Shown here piece by piece: positions 27,059 through 36,379 of a stretch of DNA of 64,000 nucleotides. The stretch is from an uncultured Bacilli bacterium (GTDB lineage: Bacteria; Bacillota_I; Bacilli_A; RF39; UBA660). The position numbers and the translations under genes are program-made. Below the pieces are notes generated by a model. That model had not been told where the DNA came from. It searched no databases and was given only the letters and a program-made list of their open reading frames with translations. Position 1 is the first letter of the stretch. Each line of letters opens with the position of its first letter. The DNA is taken from NCBI GenBank assembly GCA_934096945.1, contig CAKOND010000001.1, positions 72,048-136,047 on the forward strand. The letters are read 5' to 3'.

Positions 27059-27086
27059 AAAAGCACAAAAGCGTGCTTTTTATTTT
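27056..27086. terminator. Bidirectional terminator between prsA and the coat-protein gene
   Basis: AAAAAGCAC-aaaagc-GTGCTTTTT followed by ATTTT. Confidence 0.7.
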
Positions 27087-27095
27087 GCCTAAAAA

Positions 27096-27536
27096 TTAGC
27101 AAAGACAATCTACGTATGTATCAGATAAACATCTTATGCAGCATAGACAATCGCAATCCATTGTAAAGAAAACATTCGTAGCAACATATGGATAAACACT
27201 AGTTTCATCAGTATTATCTGCTAGAACTCTAAATGTACAACAATTTCCTTCTATTTTTTCTACTCTGAAAACATTTGAACAAGTTGCAGAAGTACCAGTA
27301 CATGTAGCAGTAGAATCTTTAGTTATTGGCATACTCCATGGAGTACCATTACCACAGCAAGTATAAAGCATTACAGGTCTAGTGTTACATACAAGGCAGT
27401 TACTTCCTCCACCTAAAACTGGTCTATCGCAAGTTTGTAAACAATTATCTGGGCATGCATTTTCTTGTAACACTAAAATGACACATAGTATTTCATTAAT
27501 GCAATTACCTTCTGACGATTTACGTTCTTTATTCAT
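27096..27536 (-). CDS. CotY/CotZ/ExsY-like Cys-rich spore coat/exosporium protein
   Basis: 146 aa. NCINEILCVILVLQENA ... NTRPVMLYT ... FRVEKIEGNCCTFRVL and a Cys-rich C-terminus match the CotY/CotZ layout. Confidence 0.7.
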   Translation of the reverse strand: MNKERKSSEGNCINEILCVILVLQENACPDNCLQTCDRPVLGGGSNCLVCNTRPVMLYTCCGNGTPWSMPITKDSTATCTGTSATCSNVFRVEKIEGNCCTFRVLADNTDETSVYPYVATNVFFTMDCDCLCCIRCLSDTYVDCLC

Positions 27537-27650
27537 AAACTTTCACCCTTTCATCTAATTCACTAATAATTTATGAAAAAAATTAGAATAAGTGTATGCT
27601 TTTTACTTTTACTTTTTTATAAATTATGATAAAATAATAATGGTGAGCAA

Positions 27651-27968
27651 ATGAAAACATATATAGAGTACATTATAATAGCAATTATATTAATAATAAT
27701 TTCAATGGTTATTGTAAAACTTTCTAAAAGAGACTTCAAAGTCGAAGCTAACAAACTTATAACTGCCCTTGGTGGTAAGGATAATATTATTAATGCCGAA
27801 TGTAATATGTCAAGACTAAAAGTTATTCTTAAAGATGTTAGTTTAGCTAACAAAGATGCCATTCAAAAACTTGGTGCTAAGGGCATCGTAGAAATAGATA
27901 ACCAATTAAAAATTATATTTGACAAAAATGCTAAAACACTTAAAAAGTATATCGAAGAGATTCTCTAA
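27651..27968 (+). CDS. TM-anchored PTS EIIB-like (glucose-family fold) domain protein
   Basis: N-terminal TM helix, then LITALGGKDNIINAECNMSRLKVILKD ... GAKGIVEIDNQLKIIFD. This mirrors the EIIB motif GG.eNI....hCaTRLRf.l.D with the Cys retained. Confidence 0.6.
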   Translation: MKTYIEYIIIAIILIIISMVIVKLSKRDFKVEANKLITALGGKDNIINAECNMSRLKVILKDVSLANKDAIQKLGAKGIVEIDNQLKIIFDKNAKTLKKYIEEIL

Positions 27969-27981
27969 GATATACTTTTTT

Positions 27982-28272
27982 CTATATTTTTTCAATATTC
28001 AAAATATCCGTAATCTTAATAAGTTTATTATCTATTGTTAGCAAGTTCATACTAGTTTTACCAACGATTTCTTCTTCACTTATTCCCTTTTCCGTCGTAA
28101 TTCTAACTTTACTTTTATACACATGATTAAGTGATCCAAATATTTCATTAATTTTTTTATTGATATCTTTAGGATTATAAATTTTTACTTCTCTATCACT
28201 TCGATACATATCTTGATAATTATTTAATCTTTTATTAATTGGACTTGCAAACACATTAGGTAATTTGTTCAT
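27982..28272 (-). CDS. Hypothetical protein (96 aa from MNKLPNVF)
   Basis: AGAGGTG RBS before the ATG at 28272. The longer track ORF overlaps the divergent SEDS gene. Confidence 0.5.
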   Translation of the reverse strand: MNKLPNVFASPINKRLNNYQDMYRSDREVKIYNPKDINKKINEIFGSLNHVYKSKVRITTEKGISEEEIVGKTSMNLLTIDNKLIKITDILNIEKI

Positions 28273-28305
28273 AATAACACCTCTACAATATTTTATGATA
28301 AAACC

Positions 28306-29424
28306 ATGAAAAATACACATACTAAAGTTATGAAAAAAATATTAAACAGTAAATTTTTATTTTATATTCCTTTACTAATAATAATGATTATTAGTTTTTT
28401 AAACATGTACAATGCTAAATATATAAGTACGCTTTATAATAATAACCTAACAAAGCAAATAATTTGGTATACTTTAGGTATAATAATTCTTTTACTTTTT
28501 AGGAAAATAAATACTAGTTTTATATTTAAGCATGCTAAATATTTGTATATTTTATCTATTTTACTTCTTATATACGTTTTAATATTTGGTAAAGTTATAA
28601 ATGGTGCTAAAGCATGGATTACCATAAGAGGATTATCATTTGGGCCTAGTGAACTAGCAAAATTATCTCTTGCTTTAATGCTTAGTAATATTTTAAATAG
28701 TTTCCATAACACTGGAATAAAAAGTGAAATTATCTTTATTTTAAAAGTTATTATTTTAACATTTATTCCTTCACTTCTTGTATTTTTAGAGCCAGACACA
28801 GGTGCCATTATCTTCTTTTTAGTAATAGCATTTACTACTATAGTGCTAGGAAACATTCATAAATTTTGGTACATCATAGCATTGTTTTTTATAATTTTAT
28901 TTATAGGAAGTTTTATATTTCTTTATCTTTTTAATAAAGATTTACTTATTAATTTGATAGGGACTAGTTTCTTTTATAGAGTTGAAAGACTCATAACTTT
29001 TAAAACTATGTCAAGTTATCAATTAGAAAATGCCTTAGTAGGAATTGGTTCAGCAAATATCTTATCAACTTCTCTAGGCAAAGTTAAAATATATATACCA
29101 GAAGCACCAACTGACTTTATCTTTGCTTATTCAATTACGAGTTTTGGCTATCTTACCGGTTTTATCATTCTGCTTTGTTATTTAATTATAGATGTTTACT
29201 TAATTAATAAATTTCTTTCTATGAAAAAAGGCACCATGAAATACTTTTTAGCTTCTTTTATAAGCATATTTATTTTAAATCAAATAATAAATATTGGCAT
29301 GAATTTAGGCTTACTTCCCATCATAGGTATTCCACTGCCCTTTTTAAGTTACGGTGGATCAACACTCATTATATATTTTATTTTCCTAGGCATTATTTTT
29401 AATCAAAAAGAAAAACCATACTAA
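28306..29424 (+). CDS. SEDS-family protein (FtsW/RodA/SpoVE)
   Basis: About 10 TM helices and the C-terminal GIPLPFLSYGGSTLI motif. The start is uncertain (28306 or 28330), with no clear RBS. Confidence 0.85.
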   Translation: MKNTHTKVMKKILNSKFLFYIPLLIIMIISFLNMYNAKYISTLYNNNLTKQIIWYTLGIIILLLFRKINTSFIFKHAKYLYILSILLLIYVLIFGKVINGAKAWITIRGLSFGPSELAKLSLALMLSNILNSFHNTGIKSEIIFILKVIILTFIPSLLVFLEPDTGAIIFFLVIAFTTIVLGNIHKFWYIIALFFIILFIGSFIFLYLFNKDLLINLIGTSFFYRVERLITFKTMSSYQLENALVGIGSANILSTSLGKVKIYIPEAPTDFIFAYSITSFGYLTGFIILLCYLIIDVYLINKFLSMKKGTMKYFLASFISIFILNQIINIGMNLGLLPIIGIPLPFLSYGGSTLIIYFIFLGIIFNQKEKPY

Positions 29425-29432
29425 GTGTATGG

Positions 29433-29657
29433 TTAATAGTAAAACGTCCTAGGTATAGGTTGATAATAACTATATGAACTATTATAATATGGCATACCCG
29501 GATTTGGATATCCACCCACATTTGTTCCTGCACCTGGTGCTACATTATAAATAGGTCTTGGTCTAGTTAAACCAACTGCGGCCCCTCCAGCTAATCCTCC
29601 GAGTAAAAACGGAAATACAAAACCCCTGTTTTGGTTTTGATAATAATTTGGATACAT
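29433..29657 (-). CDS. Small Gly/Pro/Tyr-rich protein (possible spore coat component)
   Basis: 74 aa: MYPNYYQNQN ... GGLAGGAAVG ... YYNSSYSYYQPIPRTFYY. AGGAG RBS. The function is inferred only from composition and neighbourhood. Confidence 0.45.
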   Translation of the reverse strand: MYPNYYQNQNRGFVFPFLLGGLAGGAAVGLTRPRPIYNVAPGAGTNVGGYPNPGMPYYNSSYSYYQPIPRTFYY

Positions 29658-29700
29658 AAATAGGCTCCTTTCTTTACTATCTTATGTAAAAAAAGTACAC

Positions 29701-29967
29701 TTACTTATTACAATTACCCAAAAATACTTTTCCTTTTTCTCTGAATAAACCTAAATTTGTTTTTTTATTAAGTTTATTTATTGCTTCATCTAGTATTTCC
29801 ATATATTCATAATCATCTATTAGATTAACATCCTCTACCTTAACAATGTTCATTTCAACATTGTCCAAAATCAAAAATTCATAAACTAATTCTAACGATA
29901 TTTTTTCCATAACTTGCTTTTTAGCTAAATCTTTACTTAATTTCATATATTCTTTCACATCAATCAA
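29701..29967 (-). CDS. Hypothetical protein (88 aa)
   Basis: ORF only. TTG start at 29967, or ATG eight codons later. Confidence 0.4.
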   Translation of the reverse strand: MIDVKEYMKLSKDLAKKQVMEKISLELVYEFLILDNVEMNIVKVEDVNLIDDYEYMEILDEAINKLNKKTNLGLFREKGKVFLGNCNK

Positions 29968-30067
29968 TATTTTCCTTTCTTATATTATAACAGGCAATTT
30001 CGTATTTGTCTGTAATTTTCTGTATATTTTATAAAATAATGGGAAAATTAATCTGGTGACGGAATAA

Positions 30068-30517
30068 ATGGAAAATGATAGACTTTTTGAGTTAAGAGAA
30101 TATCACGGCTTAACTCAAGCAAAAATTGGAGAAATTCTCGGAGTGCGACAACAAACATACGCTGAATGGGAGAAGGGTAAAAAACTCATTCCCTTGAAGC
30201 ACCTAATAACCCTAGCTAAATATTATAAAGTAAGTTTAGATTACCTAACAGGTCTTTCTAATAAAAAAGAAATATTTTTTAACTATGTGCAACTTGATAA
30301 AGAGGAAATAGGTCAAAAAATTCTTTATATTAGAAACATAAATAATCTAAAGCAACGCGAGTTAGCAAAAGTATTAAATACTTCCCCATCAACAATTTGT
30401 GCGTATGAAAAAGGTAATACTTTAATTTTAACGGCATTCTTATATCAAATTGCTAAAGAATTCAATGTTTCTATGGATTGGTTCGTCGGAGCAAGTACAA
30501 GAATTAAAAGATTTTAG
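30068..30517 (+). CDS. Transcriptional regulator with two tandem XRE-type HTH domains
   Basis: LTQAKIGEILGVRQQTYAEWEKG and LKQRELAKVLNTSPSTICAYEKG, each followed by a DYL/DWF helix. Confidence 0.75.
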   Translation: MENDRLFELREYHGLTQAKIGEILGVRQQTYAEWEKGKKLIPLKHLITLAKYYKVSLDYLTGLSNKKEIFFNYVQLDKEEIGQKILYIRNINNLKQRELAKVLNTSPSTICAYEKGNTLILTAFLYQIAKEFNVSMDWFVGASTRIKRF

Positions 30518-30637
30518 TTCTTGTTTTTTATTTTTCTCCAAAACCAATAATTATAAAAGCTTCACTAAAGTTTTCATAAACGTTCCTACCTTCCTAATAT
30601 ATTTTATCAAAAATTTTAGAAAAAAAAAAGGCTTTTT

Positions 30638-31867
30638 TTACATAAGTCCCATAAAATAATTTTTTTTGCCTTTTTTAATAAGTAAAATCTTATTTTCAAT
30701 AGCATCATTTTTTTGAAGTTTTTTATCTAAATCAGTCTCTTTTTTATTATTTACACTTATAGCACCAGCCATAATCATTTCTTTAGCTTCTCTTTTACTA
30801 GAAACTACCTTATTATTTACTAATACATCTATAAGCAAATCGTTTTCATTTACATGAAACTCAGGAATATCTTTAATATTAGCCATAATTTCATCACTTG
30901 AAAGTTCCCATATTCTATCAGAAAATAAACATTCTGAAATATTTAAAGCCTTATCAAATTCTTCTTTACCATGTAAATCAGTAATTATTTCTTTAGCTAA
31001 AGCTTTTTGAGCAATTCGTAAATGTGGATTTTCATTTTGTTTTTCCATAATACTATCAATTTCTTCTGGAGTTAAAAATGTAAACACTTTCAAATACTCA
31101 TATACTTTAGAATCATCAGTATTAATTAAATATTGATACATTTCATAACTAGATGTTTTGTTTATATCAAGCCACAAAGCATTTCCTTCACTTTTTCCAA
31201 ATTTTTTGCCATTAGCATCAAGTATCAAAGGCATTGTAAAAGCATATGCTTCCTTTCCAATCATCTTTCTAATTAATTCTATACCTGTTGTAATATTTCC
31301 CCATTGATCAGATCCTTCAACTTGCATAGTGCATCCCATTTCGTTATACATATGTAAAAAATCATAACCTTGAATAAGCATATAGCTAAATTCAGCATAA
31401 GTAATACCACTTTCAAGTCTTCTTTGAATAATATCTTTACTAAGCATATAATTAACATTTATATATTTACCAACATCTCGCAAGAAATCTAAGAAATTAT
31501 AATCTTTAAACCACTCATAATTATTTACAAGTTTTGCCTTACCATCAAATATCTTATCAATTTGTTTTCTAATTGATTCAATATTATAATTAAGGGTATC
31601 AATACTTATAATTTCTCTTTCTGCGGTAGGTCTAGGGTCACCGATTCTACCTGTTGCACCACCACATAAAAGAATTGGATTATGTCCCATTTTCATAAGT
31701 CTTTTAGCTGTAACAAGTGAGCTATAATGACCTAAATGTAGTGAATCAGCAGTTGGATCAGTTCCCCAATAAAAGGTAACTTTTTCATTATTAATTTTAT
31801 TTTCAATATCATCACCTGCTACATCTTTAACAAGTCCTCGCCATTTTAATTCTTCCCAATTTGTCAT
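30638..31867 (-). CDS. tyrS: Tyrosine--tRNA ligase
   Basis: HIGH-type motif SLHLGHY, KMSKS-type KFGKSEGN and a C-terminal S4 domain. The ATG at 31867 follows a GGAGG RBS; the track start lies inside the T-box terminator. Confidence 0.93.
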   Translation of the reverse strand: MTNWEELKWRGLVKDVAGDDIENKINNEKVTFYWGTDPTADSLHLGHYSSLVTAKRLMKMGHNPILLCGGATGRIGDPRPTAEREIISIDTLNYNIESIRKQIDKIFDGKAKLVNNYEWFKDYNFLDFLRDVGKYINVNYMLSKDIIQRRLESGITYAEFSYMLIQGYDFLHMYNEMGCTMQVEGSDQWGNITTGIELIRKMIGKEAYAFTMPLILDANGKKFGKSEGNALWLDINKTSSYEMYQYLINTDDSKVYEYLKVFTFLTPEEIDSIMEKQNENPHLRIAQKALAKEIITDLHGKEEFDKALNISECLFSDRIWELSSDEIMANIKDIPEFHVNENDLLIDVLVNNKVVSSKREAKEMIMAGAISVNNKKETDLDKKLQKNDAIENKILLIKKGKKNYFMGLM

Positions 31868-32037
31868 ATTTTTTCCTCCAAACAAAAAAGATGATACCAA
31901 AAGGAGTCAGCTCATGACGGTACCATCCTTTAATTAACTTAATTATCTTAACGCGATTTAAACGATTCAGCTCCAGGGTTGTAAATTCTATCTTCGCTGA
32001 TTGACCAAATTATAGCACAATCAAAAATCAAATTCAA
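31868..32037 (-). promoter_or_regulatory. tyrS promoter plus compact T-box leader (Tyr specifier)
   Basis: TTGAAT (32032-32037)-17-TATAAT (32009-32014). Sense strand has a UAC-A specifier candidate (TTTACAACC), T-box sequence AAAGGATGGTACCG (~31917-31935), and terminator GATGGTACC ... GGTATCATC plus T6 (31883-31927). Confidence 0.8.
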
Positions 32038-32684
32038 GCCTTTTCAACGATTTTTTTAAAATCATCATTTAATGGCAATTCTGCCAAACAAATCTTTTTT
32101 GTAACAGGATGTACAAATTTTAAATAATAAGCTTCTAACATCATTCTTTTATATTTTTCTTTACCATACTTTTTATCACCGAGTATTGGATGCCCCATAT
32201 TAGCTAGTTGAACTCTTATTTGATTTTTTCTACCAGTTTCAATTTTTACATCTATCAAACTATATTTATCATTATTTTCTATAACCTTAAATTTTGTTAT
32301 AGCAATCTTACCTATTTTTTTATTTTTAGTAACTACAACATCAAAGCTTTTTGTTTCAAAAAGAAAATCTTTCAAAAAAACATTTTTTTCATTCACTAAA
32401 CCACATATAATAGCATAATACTTTCTTTCAACTTTTTGCCAATTTTGTTGTAAATCTTTTTTTACTTTTTCATTTTTGGCAAATACAATAAGTCCACTTG
32501 TATCTTTATCTAATCTATGTACAATAAATATTTTATTTTTAGGATTTTGCTTCTTTACATATTCTTTTACTTCATCATATAAATTTATATCACACCTATT
32601 ATCTCTAGAAATAGTTAACATTCCCACAGGTTTATTAACTATAATTAAATATTTATCTTCATATATTATCTTTAATTTTTTCAT
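32034..32684 (-). CDS. RluA-family pseudouridine synthase
   Basis: YLIIVNKPVGM and HRLDKDTSGLIVFAK motifs. The ATG at 32684 follows a GGAGGT RBS; the longer track ORF reads through the tRNA. Confidence 0.85.
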   Translation of the reverse strand: MKKLKIIYEDKYLIIVNKPVGMLTISRDNRCDINLYDEVKEYVKKQNPKNKIFIVHRLDKDTSGLIVFAKNEKVKKDLQQNWQKVERKYYAIICGLVNEKNVFLKDFLFETKSFDVVVTKNKKIGKIAITKFKVIENNDKYSLIDVKIETGRKNQIRVQLANMGHPILGDKKYGKEKYKRMMLEAYYLKFVHPVTKKICLAELPLNDDFKKIVEKA

Positions 32685-32754
32685 ACTACCTCCAACTAAA
32701 TATTTTAGTATTGCAAAATAAAAAGCCCTTAAACAAAGGCTCTTAATTTCCATT

Positions 32755-32831
32755 TGGTGGAGAATGTGGGGCTCGAACCCGCGACCTCCACGGTGCAAGC
32801 GTGGCGCTCTAGCCAACTGAGCTAATTCCCC
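32755..32831 (-). tRNA. tRNA-Ala (anticodon UGC), CCA encoded
   Basis: Sense sequence GGGGAATTAGCTCAGTTGGCTAGAGCGCCACGCTTGCACCGTGGAGGTCGCGGGTTCGAGCCCCACATTCTCCACCA. It folds as a cloverleaf with the G3:U70 Ala identity pair, anticodon loop CUUGCAC and T loop TTCGAGC. Confidence 0.9.
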
Positions 32832-32873
32832 AGGAACAAGAATATCTTATCATATTTTGATAAAATAATCAAG

Positions 32874-33083
32874 TCATTTTTGCACATCTTCGATAATTTT
32901 TATTAACCCTGCTTCAATTTCCTCAAGAGCTCTACCTAAACTCTTCTTATTTTTATAATCAGTTTCTTTCATTTGAAAATGATTATTTTGAAGCATTTGT
33001 TTACTTCTCTTTGAAGCAACATGAACTAATTTGTACTTAGAATCCACGATGTTTAATAACTTATCAATTGATGGATATAGCAT
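32874..33083 (-). CDS. rpoZ: DNA-directed RNA polymerase subunit omega
   Basis: MLYPSIDKLLNIVDSKYKLVHVASKRSKQM matches the RpoZ N-terminal signature. GGGAGTG RBS. Confidence 0.8.
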   Translation of the reverse strand: MLYPSIDKLLNIVDSKYKLVHVASKRSKQMLQNNHFQMKETDYKNKKSLGRALEEIEAGLIKIIEDVQK

Positions 33084-33174
33084 AACATTCACTCCCTTTT
33101 CACTAATATGATACTCATATTATTAAAATTAATCAAGCAAAATGACAAAATTTGACACATTTTTTACACTTTAG

Positions 33175-33540
33175 CTAATTTAGAATAGTAACATTAACTT
33201 TATCATTTTCTTTTGTAAGCTTAATTTTAATATCATTTAAACTACTTTCCTCATCCCTAGGGTCTATAACTACACCATTTGCATTAACAATAATTGCACT
33301 CTTTTCTACTAAATCTCCCACAGTTACGTATGCAACCATTTCTTTATCAAATAAACTCTCATCACTTATTGCATATAAACTTGCTTGCTTTTCAATCGCA
33401 TCTAACTTTTCCTTATAAAGTTCTTCTTCAAAATTAACAGCTACTTTACCAGAAACAACCCAAACTGCTGCAAAATAACCAATACTAAAAACTGCCAAAA
33501 CCACCACTAGTTCAATTACTGTATAACCATTTTTCTTCAT
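33175..33540 (-). CDS. Prepilin-type N-terminal cleavage/methylation domain protein (type IV pilin/pseudopilin-like)
   Basis: MKKNG/YTVIELVVVLAVFSIGYFAAV is a class III signal (G then aromatic-T-hydrophobic-I-E-L plus a hydrophobic helix). 121 aa. Confidence 0.75.
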   Translation of the reverse strand: MKKNGYTVIELVVVLAVFSIGYFAAVWVVSGKVAVNFEEELYKEKLDAIEKQASLYAISDESLFDKEMVAYVTVGDLVEKSAIIVNANGVVIDPRDEESSLNDIKIKLTKENDKVNVTILN

Positions 33541-33543
33541 ATT

Positions 33544-34503
33544 CTACTTACCCTCCATTTTACTATGTCCACGCAATTCCCACAAAGGAAACTCACTTCT
33601 TATCTTAACTATTTCTGTAAGCATTCTTTCTTTTAACTTATTCCCTTTAAATTCAAACAATCTCACTACAGTTTCTTCCAAAGTATTCTTAGCTAGTTCT
33701 TCTTCATTTATTTTATTATATAAATAAGGTATAACAATATTCACATCAACAAATTCTATATCTTTTTTCTTAAATACATAATAGCTTCTAAGCATTTTGA
33801 TAAATCTTTTATAAGCTTTTATATTATGATGATATAAATTACTTCCCAAAGCAATATATTCTCTTGTTGTAAATTTTTTATAATTTGTATCTTTATAATA
33901 TTTATCTATTCTCTTTTTATTACTAAGCTTATTACTTACAATTTTTTCTTCACTTATAACATAATCTTTTTTATAATAAAACTTTAACATTTTAAATATA
34001 TTGCTTTTTTCCCTAACATCTTTACAAAGTTCATTAAAATAATTTATATCAACTACACCATACGCTATTATAATACCATCTACAAACTTATAAACTTTAC
34101 TCCAATAATCAACATACTTCCTTATTTTATTATCTTTTAAAAACTCATCAATTTTAATATCCTTAGGTATTTCTAAAGTATCATTTAACCATAATATACG
34201 TTTATCTTTTAAATAATTTATTAAATTTCTATTATTATTTAAACTTTCCATTGAACTTTTCTTAATCATTTCTTTTAAAGCTAAATAATCTTTCATATCT
34301 AAAGACTTAATTATCCCTTTAGCATAACTATCTTTAACATCATCTATTAAATTTATAAGTTTATCTTTTTTACTTTTAGTGTCATTAATTTTTTCATAGT
34401 TATATATATCACACAAATTATTATAATCATTTATTATATTAATTAATTCATTTTTCTTAAGTTTATTTAAATATTCTTTATAATTTAAATCACTTTGAAA
34501 CAT
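33544..34503 (-). CDS. Hypothetical protein (319 aa, Lys/Asn-rich, no TM helix)
   Basis: ORF only. Its stop lies 3 nt before the pilin start, suggesting an operon. Confidence 0.5.
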   Translation of the reverse strand: MFQSDLNYKEYLNKLKKNELINIINDYNNLCDIYNYEKINDTKSKKDKLINLIDDVKDSYAKGIIKSLDMKDYLALKEMIKKSSMESLNNNRNLINYLKDKRILWLNDTLEIPKDIKIDEFLKDNKIRKYVDYWSKVYKFVDGIIIAYGVVDINYFNELCKDVREKSNIFKMLKFYYKKDYVISEEKIVSNKLSNKKRIDKYYKDTNYKKFTTREYIALGSNLYHHNIKAYKRFIKMLRSYYVFKKKDIEFVDVNIVIPYLYNKINEEELAKNTLEETVVRLFEFKGNKLKERMLTEIVKIRSEFPLWELRGHSKMEGK

Positions 34504-34647
34504 ATTATCACCACACGATAATATTATATAACAATTTCAAATATTTTTCTATGGTAATTATGTGAAATTTCAATATTTCTTTTCAACAACTTTAGATTTA
34601 TTATTAAATTTTGAATCTAAATAACTTTTTTACTTTTTTATTTTTAT

Positions 34648-34863
34648 TCAGTCCTCAATTACTATATCTAAAACATATTTAAAATCATCAAAACTTACAT
34701 CAGTACTTTCAATATCATAATATATACCATTATCTTCAAACTCTGCAAAATATATATATTCATATTTATAAATAATTATGTCTTTATTTTTAATATTTGA
34801 TGTTTTATTTAAAGTATTGAATATTTCTTTAATAATAAAATCTTCATAATAATAAAGATACAT
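34648..34863 (-). CDS. Hypothetical small acidic protein (71 aa)
   Basis: ORF only. Confidence 0.35.
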   Translation of the reverse strand: MYLYYYEDFIIKEIFNTLNKTSNIKNKDIIIYKYEYIYFAEFEDNGIYYDIESTDVSFDDFKYVLDIVIED

Positions 34864-34923
34864 TATTTTAGCAATATTTTCACTCTTCTTTTTTAAAAAG
34901 TTTCAAAAAAACAATTAGTTTTT

Positions 34924-35318
34924 TCATTTACTAATTGTTTTTAGAAAAGATTTTAAATTGTTAGCACTAACACCTAAACCACTAGATGCAAACTACAAAC
35001 TAGATAAACATTTTTGTTATCAAAAATATTACCCATTACAAAGCTTGACACTGGATGGGCTGCTATTTTCCACCAAATTGGATAGGCTATAACAACATTT
35101 TCATCAAGTATTTCTTTTGGGACTATTTCAAAAATATCAGCATCAAGTTTTTCTGCTATTTGTTCTGATATCTTTTTAGTATAATTTTGCAATGAAAAAT
35201 AAACAACTAAAGTTTTACCACTTAATACTTTATCACTCACTTCATTTTTATCACTCTTTAATCGAACTTCAATAACTGTTACTATCAAAAGTACTGCAGT
35301 AAGTATTATCATTATCAA
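34924..35318 (-). pseudogene. Flavodoxin-family gene with a frameshift and a probable internal deletion
   Basis: KTLVVYFSLQNYTKKISEQIAEKLDADIFEI ... VIAYPIWW matches flavodoxin. The frame ends at LVCSLHLVV*, while the expected C-terminus FASSGLGVSANNLKSFLKTISK continues in another frame into terminator hairpin 34909-34940. Confidence 0.5.
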
Positions 35319-36258
35319 TTAATTTTTTGTATTTATAAAATCCTTCCCCGCTAGACTTACCAAGTTTTCCTTCGTCAATATAAGTTTTGAGTAACTTTTC
35401 CATGCCTTTAAAATTATATGGTGCTAAAAATTTTGGAATTTTAACATACATAAGAACAATATCATACGCCGTTTTAAGTCCAACTGTATCAAGTATTTCA
35501 AATGGTCCTTTTGGCGCACCAGTTCCCCTTTTCCACGCTGTATCAATACTTTCAACATCGCTTATACCATTTACAAAAAGATCAAGCCCAGAAAATAAAA
35601 AAGGTATTAACATCGAATTAAGTAAATATCCAGACTTTTCTTTCATAACTGGAAGAGGTATCATTCTAATGCTTTTAGCAAACCTTATTACTTCTTCAAA
35701 ATATACTCTATTTGTACCCTTATGCATCATTACTTCTACAATATTATTTTTCCAAATTGAATTAGCAAAATGAAGAGCTAAGAACTTATTCTCTCTTTTA
35801 GTAAATTTAGCAAGTTTACTTGGAAGCATCGTAGATGAATTAGTAACCACTAAAGTTTTATCTGGAAGAAGTGGGGCTATTTTTTCATACATTTCTTTTT
35901 TAGCATTAAAGTCCTCACTCATAGATTCAATAACCAAATCAGCATCATACACTGCCTTTTCTAAATCAAGTTCAAGGTTAATTTTATTTAATACCTCATT
36001 AACTATTTTTAAAAGCTTACTAGCATTAAAATTATCAAAATCAGCAATACCCAAGGACCAGGTATTTACATTTTTTTCTTTTTTCATTATATTTATAGCC
36101 TCAATATAAGATTTTTTTACATTTTCAAGTTTCTTTTTACATCTTTTAATACTTTCCTCACTTCTTAAATAAATTGTCACATTATATCCTGAAAAACACG
36201 TTTGAAAAGCTATTTGACTACCAAGTACTCCACCACCTAAAATTGTAATATTTTTCAT
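35269..36258 (-). CDS. 3-hydroxyacyl-CoA dehydrogenase-family protein
   Basis: Rossmann N-terminus ITILGGGVLGSQIA and C-terminal GKLGKSSGEGFYKY, typical of Hbd/FadB-type enzymes. Confidence 0.75.
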   Translation of the reverse strand: MKNITILGGGVLGSQIAFQTCFSGYNVTIYLRSEESIKRCKKKLENVKKSYIEAINIMKKEKNVNTWSLGIADFDNFNASKLLKIVNEVLNKINLELDLEKAVYDADLVIESMSEDFNAKKEMYEKIAPLLPDKTLVVTNSSTMLPSKLAKFTKRENKFLALHFANSIWKNNIVEVMMHKGTNRVYFEEVIRFAKSIRMIPLPVMKEKSGYLLNSMLIPFLFSGLDLFVNGISDVESIDTAWKRGTGAPKGPFEILDTVGLKTAYDIVLMYVKIPKFLAPYNFKGMEKLLKTYIDEGKLGKSSGEGFYKYKKLIDNDNTYCSTFDSNSY

Positions 36259-36379
36259 AAATACCCCACTTTCAAATTAATTATATAATAAAAGTATTGT
36301 AAAAACAACACTTACACATCTATTGACTATTTAAAAAAAGCACTAATTTATTTATTATTTATAAACTAGTATCTAAAAT

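Noticed and set aside
27617-27862. 81-aa minus-strand ORF overlapping the EIIB-like gene
   Set aside because: The plus-strand frame carries the recognisable EIIB motif and an upstream start context. The minus-strand ORF is an antisense shadow.
30450-30659. 69-aa plus-strand ORF overlapping the end of the tandem-HTH gene and the tyrS 3' end
   Set aside because: It is out of frame with the regulator and spans an A10/T7 terminator-like tract. It has no RBS.
32685-32816. N-terminal extension of the pseudouridine synthase ORF (MARAPRLHRGGRGFEPH...)
   Set aside because: This part is the translation of the tRNA-Ala gene on the same strand. The real start is the ATG at 32684, which has a GGAGGT RBS.
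35387-35773. 128-aa plus-strand ORF inside the 3-hydroxyacyl-CoA dehydrogenase gene
   Set aside because: It is antisense to a frame with a Rossmann motif and a conserved C-terminus. It is a shadow ORF.
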